Of a stretch of DNA of 64,000 nt, positions 20,976 through 30,940 are shown one piece after another. Position 1 is the first letter of the stretch; every line of letters starts with the position of its first letter. A program made the position numbers and the translations under genes. The notes under the pieces were generated by a model. That model made no database searches, was not told where the DNA came from, and saw only the letters and a program-made list of their open reading frames with translations. This DNA is from a virus, in the IMG/VR virus record IMGVR_UViG_3300015245_000002, positions 1 through 64,000 of that record. The stretch is one strand, 5' to 3'.

Positions 20976-21220
20976 TTGATCCCCATCGAGATTGTTTCAA
21001 TCAGTTGCATGATCGGCACCCCTGTATTCCTGGAGCAAGCGGACAACCTTGCGTACGTATCGCCCGACACCGATATGCTGCCGCGTGTGGATCGGTTGTG
21101 TGGCGATCGCTGCATCACGGCTCCGCACCGAGGACATGGCGCCGATGGTGCAGCGAGCCCCAGGGTGCTGACGCTGATGCGCCCGTGACTGGGGCAAGTA
21201 TATTTGGCCGGTCCGCTCAT
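20972..21220 (-). CDS. Zn-finger plus ribbon-helix-helix-like regulator
   Basis: CPSH...CPRC then SISVSGDTYARL...TGVPIMQLIE. Confidence 0.6.
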   Translation of the reverse strand: MSGPAKYTCPSHGRISVSTLGLAAPSAPCPRCGAVMQRSPHNRSTRGSISVSGDTYARLSACSRNTGVPIMQLIETISMGIK

Positions 21221-21224
21221 GACG

Positions 21225-21479
21225 CTACGGAGATCCGCCGTTGCCGCAGTCGAGCGACGCAGCGTTGCACGTCGGCATGTTCACCGACATGAACTGGCAC
21301 TGATTCGCTGTGCATGCAGCATCGAAGCTGTTGCAAGTCATGACCCGCGAGCAGTCGCAGGTTGCACCGAACGTTGGGTTCGGCACGGATGCGCCGCCCC
21401 ATGCCCTGCCGAGCTGCGGAGAGGTCAGTGAGCGGACCGCTTCTTTTCGAAGGTGTAGCCTTTGGGAGATCTTGTGCAT
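21225..21479 (-). CDS. RiPP/lanthipeptide-precursor-like peptide, 84 aa
   Basis: Leader RLHLRKEAVRSLTSPQLGRAWGG; core with 7 Cys and 11 Ser/Thr; AGAGGA RBS. Confidence 0.8.
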   Translation of the reverse strand: MHKISQRLHLRKEAVRSLTSPQLGRAWGGASVPNPTFGATCDCSRVMTCNSFDAACTANQCQFMSVNMPTCNAASLDCGNGGSP

Positions 21480-21487
21480 GTTGTCCT

Positions 21488-22609
21488 CTAAAACGGTGAA
21501 TCTGCCACTGGTTCGTCGTCAGTCGTGACGAGCTGCGGCTTGGTGTCGTATTCCTCGATCACTGTCGTAGACTTGCGCTCGGATCCGCCGGCGGCCCGAA
21601 CCGCCTCGATCACGGCCTTCGCCGCGCCGCGCTTGCCCTTGAGCGCCGCGTCGAGCCGAGTCTTCGTGGCGACACGCGCGACCGCAGCGTCGGCCGTTGC
21701 TTGGTCGTGCAGCCGCTTGACGGTCTCGTAGACCACGTCACCGTCGAGCTTTTCGTTGCCGAGCTTGTGGTGCGGGCCGAATGTCTTGCCTAAGCGCAGT
21801 TGGATCGGTCGCTCAGCGGCCCGCGCATGCAACGCGGCGTTGAGCCTTGATACAACAATCTTGATCCGCTGCAGTAATTCATACGCCTCCGCCGCTTCGG
21901 TGTCGTCCTGGAACGGGATCATCGCTTCGATGCGTACCGCGATCTCTCCGGTTCCAGCCTGAATCGCGAGTGCTTTTTGTTCGGGGCACGACAAAAACGC
22001 GTGGCAGTATTTGCAGTGTGGTCCGGTACGCAACGTTTTGTCGGTTGAAATCAACATGTCCCGCAACCGAACGAAATGAGCGTCGAGTTCGAGCACGCCA
22101 AGTGTAGCGATGTCAGCAGGAAGCCACGACGCACCGAGATAGACGATTGCTACGGTGACCTCGTCACGACCAGAAGCTCGAGCAACCGCGAGCGCTGCGC
22201 ATGCGAGCTGCCGGTTGTCGGCTGCGGACGTGACTCGCTCAAAGCCCTTGTAGTCCACGACGAGGATTCGCCGCTCGCCGTAGACGATCAGGTCAATCGT
22301 CCCAGGGATCTCGAACGGTCGAAGTCCGGTGTAGTCGCGCCATGCGATGTGACCAAGAGCGCGCGCCGTGTCGTCGCTGGTGTCGATCGCCATGGCACAT
22401 TCAGCCGACAGAACATCGCCGGGCTCGAGGAGCTTGCGTACCTGCCACGGAAGATCTTCGTTCGCGCCAAGCACCACCGCCGCTTCCGCATCCCCGTGCC
22501 GATCGTTGCCCTGATCAGCATACGTCGTGTGGTAGTCGTGCTGCGGCAGGTGAGCGGAGCCTGGGCATGCCAGGACGCGCTCCACGGACGAAAACGAATG
22601 ACGGATCAT
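21488..22609 (-). CDS. PD-(D/E)XK Cas4-like exonuclease (DUF2800-like)
   Basis: N-terminal CPGS, GTIDL, VDYKG, QL, C-terminal HCKYC...CP cluster. Confidence 0.85.
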   Translation of the reverse strand: MIRHSFSSVERVLACPGSAHLPQHDYHTTYADQGNDRHGDAEAAVVLGANEDLPWQVRKLLEPGDVLSAECAMAIDTSDDTARALGHIAWRDYTGLRPFEIPGTIDLIVYGERRILVVDYKGFERVTSAADNRQLACAALAVARASGRDEVTVAIVYLGASWLPADIATLGVLELDAHFVRLRDMLISTDKTLRTGPHCKYCHAFLSCPEQKALAIQAGTGEIAVRIEAMIPFQDDTEAAEAYELLQRIKIVVSRLNAALHARAAERPIQLRLGKTFGPHHKLGNEKLDGDVVYETVKRLHDQATADAAVARVATKTRLDAALKGKRGAAKAVIEAVRAAGGSERKSTTVIEEYDTKPQLVTTDDEPVADSPF

Positions 22610-22919
22610 GGCTACGGCGCCTCGGTCCAGGAGCTCGGCGCCTCTTGGTCCACGACGAGTCTGTCGTGATGTTCCAGCGCGTCGCACAGCACGCCAATCA
22701 CCTCTCCTTCGTTGCGCATGGCGATCGCCTTTCTGACCGCCTGCAGTACGACGCGCGCTGCATCGAGCTCGTTCATGATCGAGCGCAGCGCGTTCGATGC
22801 CTCGCCTTGCGGAGGATGCCAATGTTCGTCGTATCGCAGGATGCTGACCCTATAGTCACCAGATGGGACGACGAAGGTGAACTTGCCTCCATCAACACGG
22901 ACACGGCGATCCTGATTGT

Positions 22920-23798
22920 TCACGACACCTCACCCGTGCTTGCGTCGGATTGCGTCACGGGGACCACAGGCGGCATCGCTTCGACCGATGACGAACCGCC
23001 TGATGTAGGGCGCCGCTTGAGGTCTGCCACCTTGGCCTTGTACTTCGCGTTGATCGCCTCGTACGCGGGATGTCCGGGCTTGAGCCCGCGCTTGGAAAAG
23101 CGATTGGCAATCACTTGGCATTCGGACATCGAGTCTGCGACGTCCAGTTCGGCGAACTCCTGGTAGTCGCTGGTGTTGAACGGCGGTGGAGTCGTTTGTG
23201 CGTCGGTGAACTCGGCGTCGATGACATCGGATTGCGTAGCGGCGGATGAAGCCTGCGCCACAGTGCTCGGCTCGCGATCGGCGATCTCGTCACTGGTGAA
23301 GCAGCCAGCGAGCACGTCCGGGTAAACGTCGCGTGCGAGCTCTGACTTCGCACGCGACGCCAGCATTGCGCGCGGAAAGGTCCGCCAGTTGTCCTTCTGG
23401 TGCAGCGCCGCTGACTTGGCCATCTCGATCGTCCACGTGCACTTCTGCTCGGGCTCTCCTCGGCGCTTCGTCACGTACGTGACGCTCCTGTCGGTCCCCT
23501 CGCCGGAACGGCGGAAGTACTCCGCCTTGCCACTGCCGAGCACGACCGCGACCATGGCGTCTGCGGTCATCACCGGCTTGCCAGAGATGATGTTGAAGCT
23601 ACGTAGCGACGCCATCGAGTACAGGCCGAGTTCCTGACCGGCCATGATCTGCATCAGGACGTCTGGAACCTTGCCCTTGAGGGCGTCGGGCAGTAGGGAG
23701 GACTTCGCAAGACGTTCCGCGAGGTCAATCACTTCGGCGAGGGTGCGCGGAACGATAACCGTCGTAGTCTGGCGGACCAGTGCGTTTTCTTCGCTCAC
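22920..23798 (-). CDS. recT: RecT-like single-strand annealing protein
   Basis: LAKSSLLP...GQELGL...IISGKP, WRTFPRAML, ARDVYPDVLAG; adjacent to exonuclease. Confidence 0.8.
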   Translation of the reverse strand: MSEENALVRQTTTVIVPRTLAEVIDLAERLAKSSLLPDALKGKVPDVLMQIMAGQELGLYSMASLRSFNIISGKPVMTADAMVAVVLGSGKAEYFRRSGEGTDRSVTYVTKRRGEPEQKCTWTIEMAKSAALHQKDNWRTFPRAMLASRAKSELARDVYPDVLAGCFTSDEIADREPSTVAQASSAATQSDVIDAEFTDAQTTPPPFNTSDYQEFAELDVADSMSECQVIANRFSKRGLKPGHPAYEAINAKYKAKVADLKRRPTSGGSSSVEAMPPVVPVTQSDASTGEVS

Positions 23799-24406
23799 CG
23801 CAGCACCTTGGCGATCTGCGCGACGGTGCGGTCATACGCTGACGAGCAGGAGATGAACGGGATCGCATCCTCGTCACCCGGCGGCGGAATGTCATCCGAT
23901 GGCGGCGCCCCACTGTACATCTGACCGCTCTGACCGCCGGCGTCTTCCGCCAGTGCGGCACGCAGGGCAGCGTCGGAATCGGTCAGGTTCTCCTGGCTCG
24001 ACGCCTTGAGTGGCGCCGGACCGCGACCGATGCTGTTCGGCTTCACCCAGATCGGCGCAGGCCCAACCCTGCCGCCGCGGTCCCACTCGTCAAACCTCTT
24101 CCCCCTCCTCATCTCAATGTGCTTGATCTCGATGGTCGACTCGCCGCCGGTTGCCTTGACCCATTCTGCGACATCGCTCTCGATCGTGGCCAGCGTCTGG
24201 CATTTCCAGCCAACCGCCTTGCAGGTCCGCGCGATGTACGGCGCCTGCTTGTTGTTAACCGCCTCTTCGTACGTGTACATCTTCCCTTTGTGCTCACCCT
24301 TGGTGATCTCGACATTGATCCGAACCACCGGGATATTGCGACTGTCGTCTCCGTAAAAACCGTCGAGAACTTTGCATGGCCAAAAACCAGCTGCGATATC
24401 TGACAT
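23795..24406 (-). CDS. Putative single-stranded DNA-binding protein
   Basis: Beta-rich N-terminus and acidic tail DDIPPPGDEDAIPF; next to recT; AAGGA RBS before MSDIAAG. Confidence 0.6.
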   Translation of the reverse strand: MSDIAAGFWPCKVLDGFYGDDSRNIPVVRINVEITKGEHKGKMYTYEEAVNNKQAPYIARTCKAVGWKCQTLATIESDVAEWVKATGGESTIEIKHIEMRRGKRFDEWDRGGRVGPAPIWVKPNSIGRGPAPLKASSQENLTDSDAALRAALAEDAGGQSGQMYSGAPPSDDIPPPGDEDAIPFISCSSAYDRTVAQIAKVLR

Positions 24407-25464
24407 TTTTGTGTGTCCTTGTATTTTCCGTCGGTGGACCGCTGACGAGTCGAACGTCAAAACCCGGTCGATCCAGATCTCGGCAGGCTGTCCTGGCTCA
24501 GCCTTGGGTGTCTCGTCCGTCCAGCTGGGATTAGCAGCATGCAGCCGGATCGGCACAACCGAGAAAGCGATTATAGCCCTAGAGCGGACTCGTTGGGCAA
24601 GAGTATAAGGCCGTCCGTGAGTGAGAACGCAACGCGGCAATGGGAGTGCGACTGAGTGTGGCATCCGCAAAGCTCGGCAACGGCGCTGCCGGATCTGGCG
24701 ATCCAGACATCGATGTTGTGGCGAGACAGGGATACCTTCACGTCCGCACCACACGGCGCATGCGAACAGTTTCCTCGCGCCCGATCACTGGAATGCGAGA
24801 TCCCAGCGATTGTCGACGGGGCCATGCCGACCAAACGATCAGGGCAGCGCACCCGATCGCGGTTCCGGTCATCGAGTACCATCCGGTCGACCAGAAGCTA
24901 ACCTGGCCGACGAACAGGGCGAAGAGGACGAGCAGAGCGGTCACTTGACGGCTCCGAGGAGGCGGTCGATGAGCGCGCATGCGACATGGACATCCCGGAC
25001 TGCAGTTCCGACTCTCCAGTCGTGGCCACCCTCATCCAGGTGGAGGCGGATCAACTGAAACCCACGTAGTTCTGCGTCGGTAATCGTGTACGCACCGATC
25101 GGCGACGACGGCGCCAGCCGCAACCTCGCCAGTTCACGTAGCCACGCCAGACCTCGCTCGACGCGAGCGGTCCGCATCGCCTGGTCCTCCAGGATCTTGA
25201 TCTCAGTAGCGAGACCGTCATCGGTCGCAGTGGACTGCCTGCCGATCCACCCCATGCCAGCGCGTTCTGCCTCGAGATCGGACTCCAACTTTCGGATGCG
25301 CTCTGCGTATAGCTTCGCTTCTTCGATGCGAGCCCACAGAGCCTCGCGAAGTGCCACAAACTCGGCGGTCCGCTCGTCCCTGCTCCGCTTGAGCTCATCC
25401 AGCGCATCGCGTAGTTGTGGATCGATTTCGGTCTGCAGCCAGCTGTCGAGATCGTCGTCGGTGA

Positions 25465-25644
25465 TCACGGTCCACCGTCCGGTAGCGACATGACGCCGTC
25501 AGCGCCGACGTACCCGCCGCGCAGGTTCGCGCCGCGCAGGACGAGCGATTCAACCGCTTCACGAATCGGCTGAGTCGACCCGTCTGGAACATCGACGGTG
25601 CGGATGCCTGCGTCGGTATAGCGGTTTTTGATTGTAACGATCAT
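25465..25644 (-). CDS. 59-aa paralog of the pentapeptide protein N-terminus with collapsed repeat array (not in ORF track)
   Basis: MIVTIKNRYTDAGIRTVDVPDGSTQPIREAVESLVLRGANLRGG aligns with [41 protein letters not shown]. Confidence 0.65.
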   Translation of the reverse strand: MIVTIKNRYTDAGIRTVDVPDGSTQPIREAVESLVLRGANLRGGYVGADGVMSLPDGGP

Positions 25645-27506
25645 GGATTTCTCTCGATCTCTGTCGTGTCAGGCGGGACATTCGGCCACTGATCCGCGAG
25701 TGGCCGGTCGATGGACCATGGGTAATAAGTCTCACCGTGGGTCAACATCGAAAGCCATCCCTCGGTATCGATCCACGCGTCGAGGGCATACCCGACCCGC
25801 GCGAGAGTTCTGGCTATGTGATCGATAGTCTCCGCGGCATCCGAGTCATTGCTCGGGACAATACCCTTGGTGGCTCCGCATCTACAACTGTAGCCGATCC
25901 AGAGATCGGACAGATCACCGGTATACTGGTACAGCGAACTCTCGAAATCGGTGCTAGTTCCATCGGCATAGGCGTACGACCACCGATGACTACACTTATC
26001 AGTCACCTCAACACCTCCTCCGGTATCCCTGCCGTGTTGACGTCATCCGACATCATGGGCACGGCCTCCCGGCTCGCAATCACCGCTGCAATGTAGCCTC
26101 GCCGTTTCGACTGCATCAGGCCGCACGAAGCGGCCATGCTGCTATCCGGATCCGGGCAGCTCATGGCGATCTCGCCGATGGCATCACACAGCGCGGCGAT
26201 GGCAGGCATCGGACGGCTACCGGCCGCTGCGAGGGCATGCGCGGCCAGCGCCTTGATCAGTCCGTTGTCGGTCACGATTTCACCTCCGTGCACGCCGCGT
26301 CCGTGCACGCCGCATCCACGATCGAAAGCCGCCGACCGATTCGCGAGGCCAGCCGAAGCGCGGCGTACAGCGCCGTGGTGATCTTCACGACCTCGACGGG
26401 TCGTCGATCCTCGAAGGCGACGTCGTCGGCAGGCGGCACCGCGAGATCCGCCGCGAGCTCGGCGACGGTCCGCCCGGTGATTGCCAGCGCGGCGCGACCA
26501 AACATGGCATCAAGCCTGTCCCGCGCTGCCAGCTCCGCGGCCACGTCGGCGATGTGAAGCTGCAGCGCTCTTCGCGCCCGCTCGGAGCGCTGGAATGAAT
26601 CACGCAGATCCAACAGCGTGCCGCAGAGCTGCAGGACATGGCGCGGCGACCCGAGCAGCATGCCGAGCTCCGGGCGAGACGGGTCGGCGGCGACGTCGGC
26701 CATGGCGAGCATGGAATCAGTGAGTCGACCGAAGTCCGGATCGTCGAGATCGGGCAGCGGGGTGACCGGCTCGCGGAGCGCCGGGAGATCCATGCGGGTC
26801 CCGGTGCGTGACATGATCTCGACAGCCTCGTAGGGCGCCGTAAGATGGCCATCTTCGTCGTAAAACGGGTGAAGCATTTGCTGAATCCTTGTTGTGGAGC
26901 CGCGGGATGCGGCGCAGTCAGTTCAGTCGACGACCGGAAACTCGCACTCGGTGGCCGCGCTCCACGCGGCCCGAAACTCCTGCCGATCACTGCACAGATC
27001 GATCAGATCGCTTCCGGCGTCGCGATCGCTCGCTCGAAGGTCGCCGAGCCTGCCATAGAAGATCGCCCAGATCCTCGCCGTGGGCGACCGCGGATCATCT
27101 ACGCCAACGAACGACTGCTCTGCGGTATCGCGCAGATACCTGATCACGCAGGCGACCTCCGCGGCGCTCTGCTCCCGAGCGGTCACTGACTGGAACGCGA
27201 CCCGGCTGTCGAGGCCGATTGCGGCATAGGAGGTATGGCGCAGCGCGTGGTCGGAAGTGGCGATGGCCACGCGCTGGCAGTGGGAGACGGCTGGGGTCAC
27301 GACCGCACCTCGTCCCCGCCGAAAGTCGGAAGATCGCGGGTTCGCGTGCGGCCAATCGTCGGCAGCACCATAGTGACGGTGTGGCTCTCCGTGCGCATCG
27401 CAGCGCTCGGCGACGGCGGAGCCAATGTGCCCTGTGCGACGAGCTGATCACGCGGAGACCAGCCGGTGGGGAGGACTTCGGTGGTACGTCCGGGTCGGTT
27501 CGTCAT

Positions 27507-27563
27507 ATGCACACCGTGCACTCTCCAAGCCCCGCCGTCAACCCCTAAAATGCACTCTGTGCA
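27507..27563 (-). promoter_or_regulatory. PL-like leftward promoter with two palindromic operators
   Basis: TTGACG-17-CACGGT-6-ATG(27506); TGCACaccGTGCA 27508-27520 and TGCACtctGTGCA 27551-27563. Confidence 0.7.
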
Positions 27564-27717
27564 ACAGCCGCGAATCTATTGAATGTTTCCCGTCGGGATC
27601 AACGCGGCTCGAGCGAGCAGATCGGCGGGGGACGTCACCGGGGTCTCGTAGATCGAGACGTAGACCAGCATCAGGTGCAGCACAATCTGAAATCTCGCCG
27701 GATCTATGGCGATCAGC

Positions 27718-28206
27718 TTACGAGCGGCCTCGGCGAGTGCCTCTAGCCCTGACTCCACTGCCACCGTGCGGATCGCCATTGGTCGACGACACTACCGCAG
27801 TGAGCGATTTTGTCACAATGCCTCGTGCGATTTCTTTTTGCGCCACCCCGTCGATCACATCCAGGGCTTCTGCTCTGGCAGCGTGTGCCGCAAGTTCCTC
27901 CTGTGCGCGACGTACAACAGCGAGCATTTCGGATGCCGCGCGTTCCGTCGGCGCGATGAAAAACGGAGGTGGTACGCCGAGCGCCGCGCTGATTCCGTTG
28001 GCGAGGGCCACGCTTCGACCGACACCGTCCTTGAATTTCGAGATCGAATCAGACTTCCACTCATGACCGTTCGGTCGTCCAGCATGCGCGCTTGCAGCGC
28101 GTGCAATATCTGCGTTCTTGATCGAAGGGCTGTCGAGCAGTGGGATCGCCTTGCGGAGCCACCACTCAGGTAGATCCGGGTTACCGGCTCGCTCTTTCCT
28201 AGACAT
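27718..28206 (-). CDS. CI-like repressor (XRE-like HTH)
   Basis: KNADIARAA...SDSISKFKDG...ISAALGV; at the strand-divergence point; TAATAT 6 nt before ATG. Confidence 0.65.
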   Translation of the reverse strand: MSRKERAGNPDLPEWWLRKAIPLLDSPSIKNADIARAASAHAGRPNGHEWKSDSISKFKDGVGRSVALANGISAALGVPPPFFIAPTERAASEMLAVVRRAQEELAAHAARAEALDVIDGVAQKEIARGIVTKSLTAVVSSTNGDPHGGSGVRARGTRRGRS

Positions 28207-28251
28207 TACAAAATATTACGCGATGACGCGTGGCTACAGGATACATGACCA

Positions 28252-28280
28252 TTGACGTTGCACGGTGCACACTGTACAAC
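28252..28280 (+). promoter_or_regulatory. PR-like promoter overlapped by an operator
   Basis: TTGACG-17-TACAAC-8-ATG(28289); TGCACactGTACA 28266-28278. Confidence 0.75.
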
Positions 28281-28288
28281 GAACAGAG

Positions 28289-28558
28289 ATGTCGGATCCG
28301 AGAGATGCCCTTCGCGCTGCGATGCGCGATCGGGGCTACACGCACGAGCGACTGCTGCTTGAATCGGGCCTGAAATGCGATCTAAGCTCCCTGAACCGCA
28401 AGCTAAACGGCGGTCAGGGACTCGAAGCACATGAGGCACGTGATCTTGCACGCGTACTCGGCGTGCGCGTCGCCGGCATCGACCGCATGCTGGCGCTGGC
28501 CGACACCATCGGCGCCATTGCGACGTGGCCCGCGGATCGAAGGAGAGGTGAGTCATGA
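28289..28558 (+). CDS. Cro-like HTH regulator
   Basis: RGYTHERL...LSSLNRKLNG...LARVLGV; divergent from the CI-like gene. Confidence 0.75.
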   Translation: MSDPRDALRAAMRDRGYTHERLLLESGLKCDLSSLNRKLNGGQGLEAHEARDLARVLGVRVAGIDRMLALADTIGAIATWPADRRRGES

Positions 28559-28769
28559 TCGTAGGCGAAACAAGTAGCCACCCGGGCGATGGTCCACAAC
28601 AGGACCATGCGTACAGTGCAACCGGAAAGCAATCCGGAGTGTTGTGGTCGGTCGTCGCGGCGTACGTCGCGATCGTCGCCCTCGGACCGCACGACATTGC
28701 CTGGCTCGCTCTGGTCGGCGTGTCGTTGTCTGCCACGGCTCTACTGATCGTCATCCTGGACCGGGACGC

Positions 28770-29570
28770 ATGACGCCGGAAGACGTAATCGTGAGGATGA
28801 GCAGACTCAGAGTTCCGCTCGCGCATGTCGCGGCGCATCTGGCCATGCACGATCGGATCTCGATCGCCGCAGCGGCTCGCATCGTCGCGGATCTGACAGG
28901 CGAGCGCGTCATGGCAGCTGCTGCTGTCGCGGCGTGGCGGAAGCTGTACCCAGGTCGCCGGCCATTCGACCGCGAGCTACGTCCGCGATCGTCCAATTCG
29001 CAGTCGGCTAAGGCCGTCGAGTGGATCGAGGCCAACGGCGGGTCGCTGACCGACGGTGCACTTAGGTTCGGCGTCACCGCACAGTCAGTGTCTCGGCGCT
29101 GGCATCGGGTCCACGGGGACACTCCGACGCCGCTGGGACAGCGCAGCGCCCGGGTACGAGTCGAGGTGGTCGAGCTGCTACGGCGAGGCATGAGCCTGCG
29201 AACTGCGGCCCGCGTCGTTGGGACCTCGCACAGCACTGCGGAGCGGTTCGCGAAAGCCGCTGGAGTCTCCACGGTAGAGATTGCTGCGCAGCGGAGAGCG
29301 GAGGTCCGCCAGCGGATCGTCGCGGAACTGGCTGCTGGAGCGACCCTGCAGGATGCCGGGATCAACGCTGGCGTCTCTCGTCGCCTCGCGACGTGCCTCG
29401 CCGCCGAGGCCGGCGTCCGTCCTGCAGCACGGAGCAGCCGCCGCGACGGGTGCATGGCTCGCGCAGTAGCGCTGGTCCACGGCGGGATGAGCGTGGTGGC
29501 GGCTTGTAGGTCCGAGCGCTGCTCGGAGACGGGCGTGTACATCAGGACCAGGGAATTGAGGCAGAGGTGA
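28770..29570 (+). CDS. Tandem multi-HTH protein
   Basis: About five HTH-like units, e.g. GMSLRTAARVVGTSHSTA. Confidence 0.7.
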   Translation: MTPEDVIVRMSRLRVPLAHVAAHLAMHDRISIAAAARIVADLTGERVMAAAAVAAWRKLYPGRRPFDRELRPRSSNSQSAKAVEWIEANGGSLTDGALRFGVTAQSVSRRWHRVHGDTPTPLGQRSARVRVEVVELLRRGMSLRTAARVVGTSHSTAERFAKAAGVSTVEIAAQRRAEVRQRIVAELAAGATLQDAGINAGVSRRLATCLAAEAGVRPAARSSRRDGCMARAVALVHGGMSVVAACRSERCSETGVYIRTRELRQR

Positions 29571-30352
29571 CCCGCCGAGAGCGTCGAGCCGCGGTGATCG
29601 CGAAGCGGCTGGCAAGCAAGACGCGCGGCGCGGTACCACCGCTGCTCGAAGGATCGGCACGAGCCGATGATCCGAAGTGGCATGTGGTGTGGGTGGACAC
29701 GGATAAGGAGCAGATCTGATGATGCGATGGGTTCGAGGCTGGAGTTTATTCGACTGGGTTCTCTTGGTTATCGTGATCACGTTCGCCGCGAGCCAGTTCA
29801 GCTACGCGGTCGACTGGGTAGATCGACGATCGTGTCGCACCAACGGCGGCCGAGTCATTGAAAGTGAGCATCATGACTGGCGCTGCGCAACGACACCGCC
29901 AGAGCGTGCGCCGTGAGCGCCCCACCATGCATCTGGTGCCACGACGCCAACTGCTCACCGAGGAATTCACCCGAGCATTACTGCCTGGACTGCGAGGCGC
30001 CACTCGAACCGTGTCAGTGTCGTTCGGGCTGCCCAGGCGGACAGTGCTCGGGTGGATGTCGCTCAACTCCAGAGGTCGGGTACATCCCATGACAATCTCG
30101 ATCACCGTCCACTCGGCCCGCGAAGTCTCCGTCCACGATGAGCCAGGCCCGATCGCTCGACTCATCGGACGGCGCCGCAGGGACTATGCCGCCTTCCTCG
30201 CCGTCGATGACTGGTTCGGGCCGGACAACCGATCACTGCCGGATCGGCTGCAAGATCGGATCGATCGCGCAGTGACGCGGTGGTTCGCGCAGAACCGAAT
30301 CGACGGACTCAAGAGACAGTAGTTCCCGACACCGTCGGGTAGGAGCTCACAG

Positions 30353-30940
30353 GTGACATACACGAGTCGTAGGCCGCGCGTCCTGGTAGACGTCGACGGT
30401 GTGCTGGCCGATTTCATGGGCGCAGCGCTGAAAATCATCAATCGAGAGCTCGGGACTCTTCACGTTATCGAGGACGTGACCGAGTTCGATTTCGCCAAAG
30501 CACTCGGCCTGAGCGCCATGGATGCCACGACGGTCAAACGCGCCATCGGCAACGAACCAAGGCTTGCGGCCGGACTCGGCGTTCTGGCCGGCTCGGTTGA
30601 TGGCATGCGCGCGCTACGCAGCGTCTCCGACGTCTACATCGTCACTTCATCCTGGGACAGCAACGAGACATGGGAGTTCGATCGCAAGGCGTGGTTGCGC
30701 AGGAACTTCGACATCCATCACCACGAAATCGTGTTCACCGCGGCCAAGCATGTCTGCGGAGGCGACTTCCTCGTCGATGACAGGACCGAGACGCTCGTGC
30801 GATGGCAAGCCGAGCATCCGAGTGGCCGCGCTGTGCAGTGGCGGACGTTGCACAACCGGCGCGACGAGTGGAATGGAATCAGCACAGCGTCCTGGGGCAA
30901 GATCATCGATCTCGTTCGTCGTCGAGTCGGGTGTCCATGA
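30353..30940 (+). CDS. 5'(3')-deoxyribonucleotidase (NT5C, HAD fold)
   Basis: DVDGVLADF, IVTS, K, DFLVDD motifs. Confidence 0.9.
   Translation: MTYTSRRPRVLVDVDGVLADFMGAALKIINRELGTLHVIEDVTEFDFAKALGLSAMDATTVKRAIGNEPRLAAGLGVLAGSVDGMRALRSVSDVYIVTSSWDSNETWEFDRKAWLRRNFDIHHHEIVFTAAKHVCGGDFLVDDRTETLVRWQAEHPSGRAVQWRTLHNRRDEWNGISTASWGKIIDLVRRRVGCP

Noticed and set aside
21488-22609. Cas4-like gene as part of a CRISPR-Cas system
   Set aside because: No array or other cas genes; it lies in the RecT/SSB recombination module
24442-24470. CTGACGA as a hammerhead ribozyme core
   Set aside because: No stem II followed by GAAA in the required arrangement
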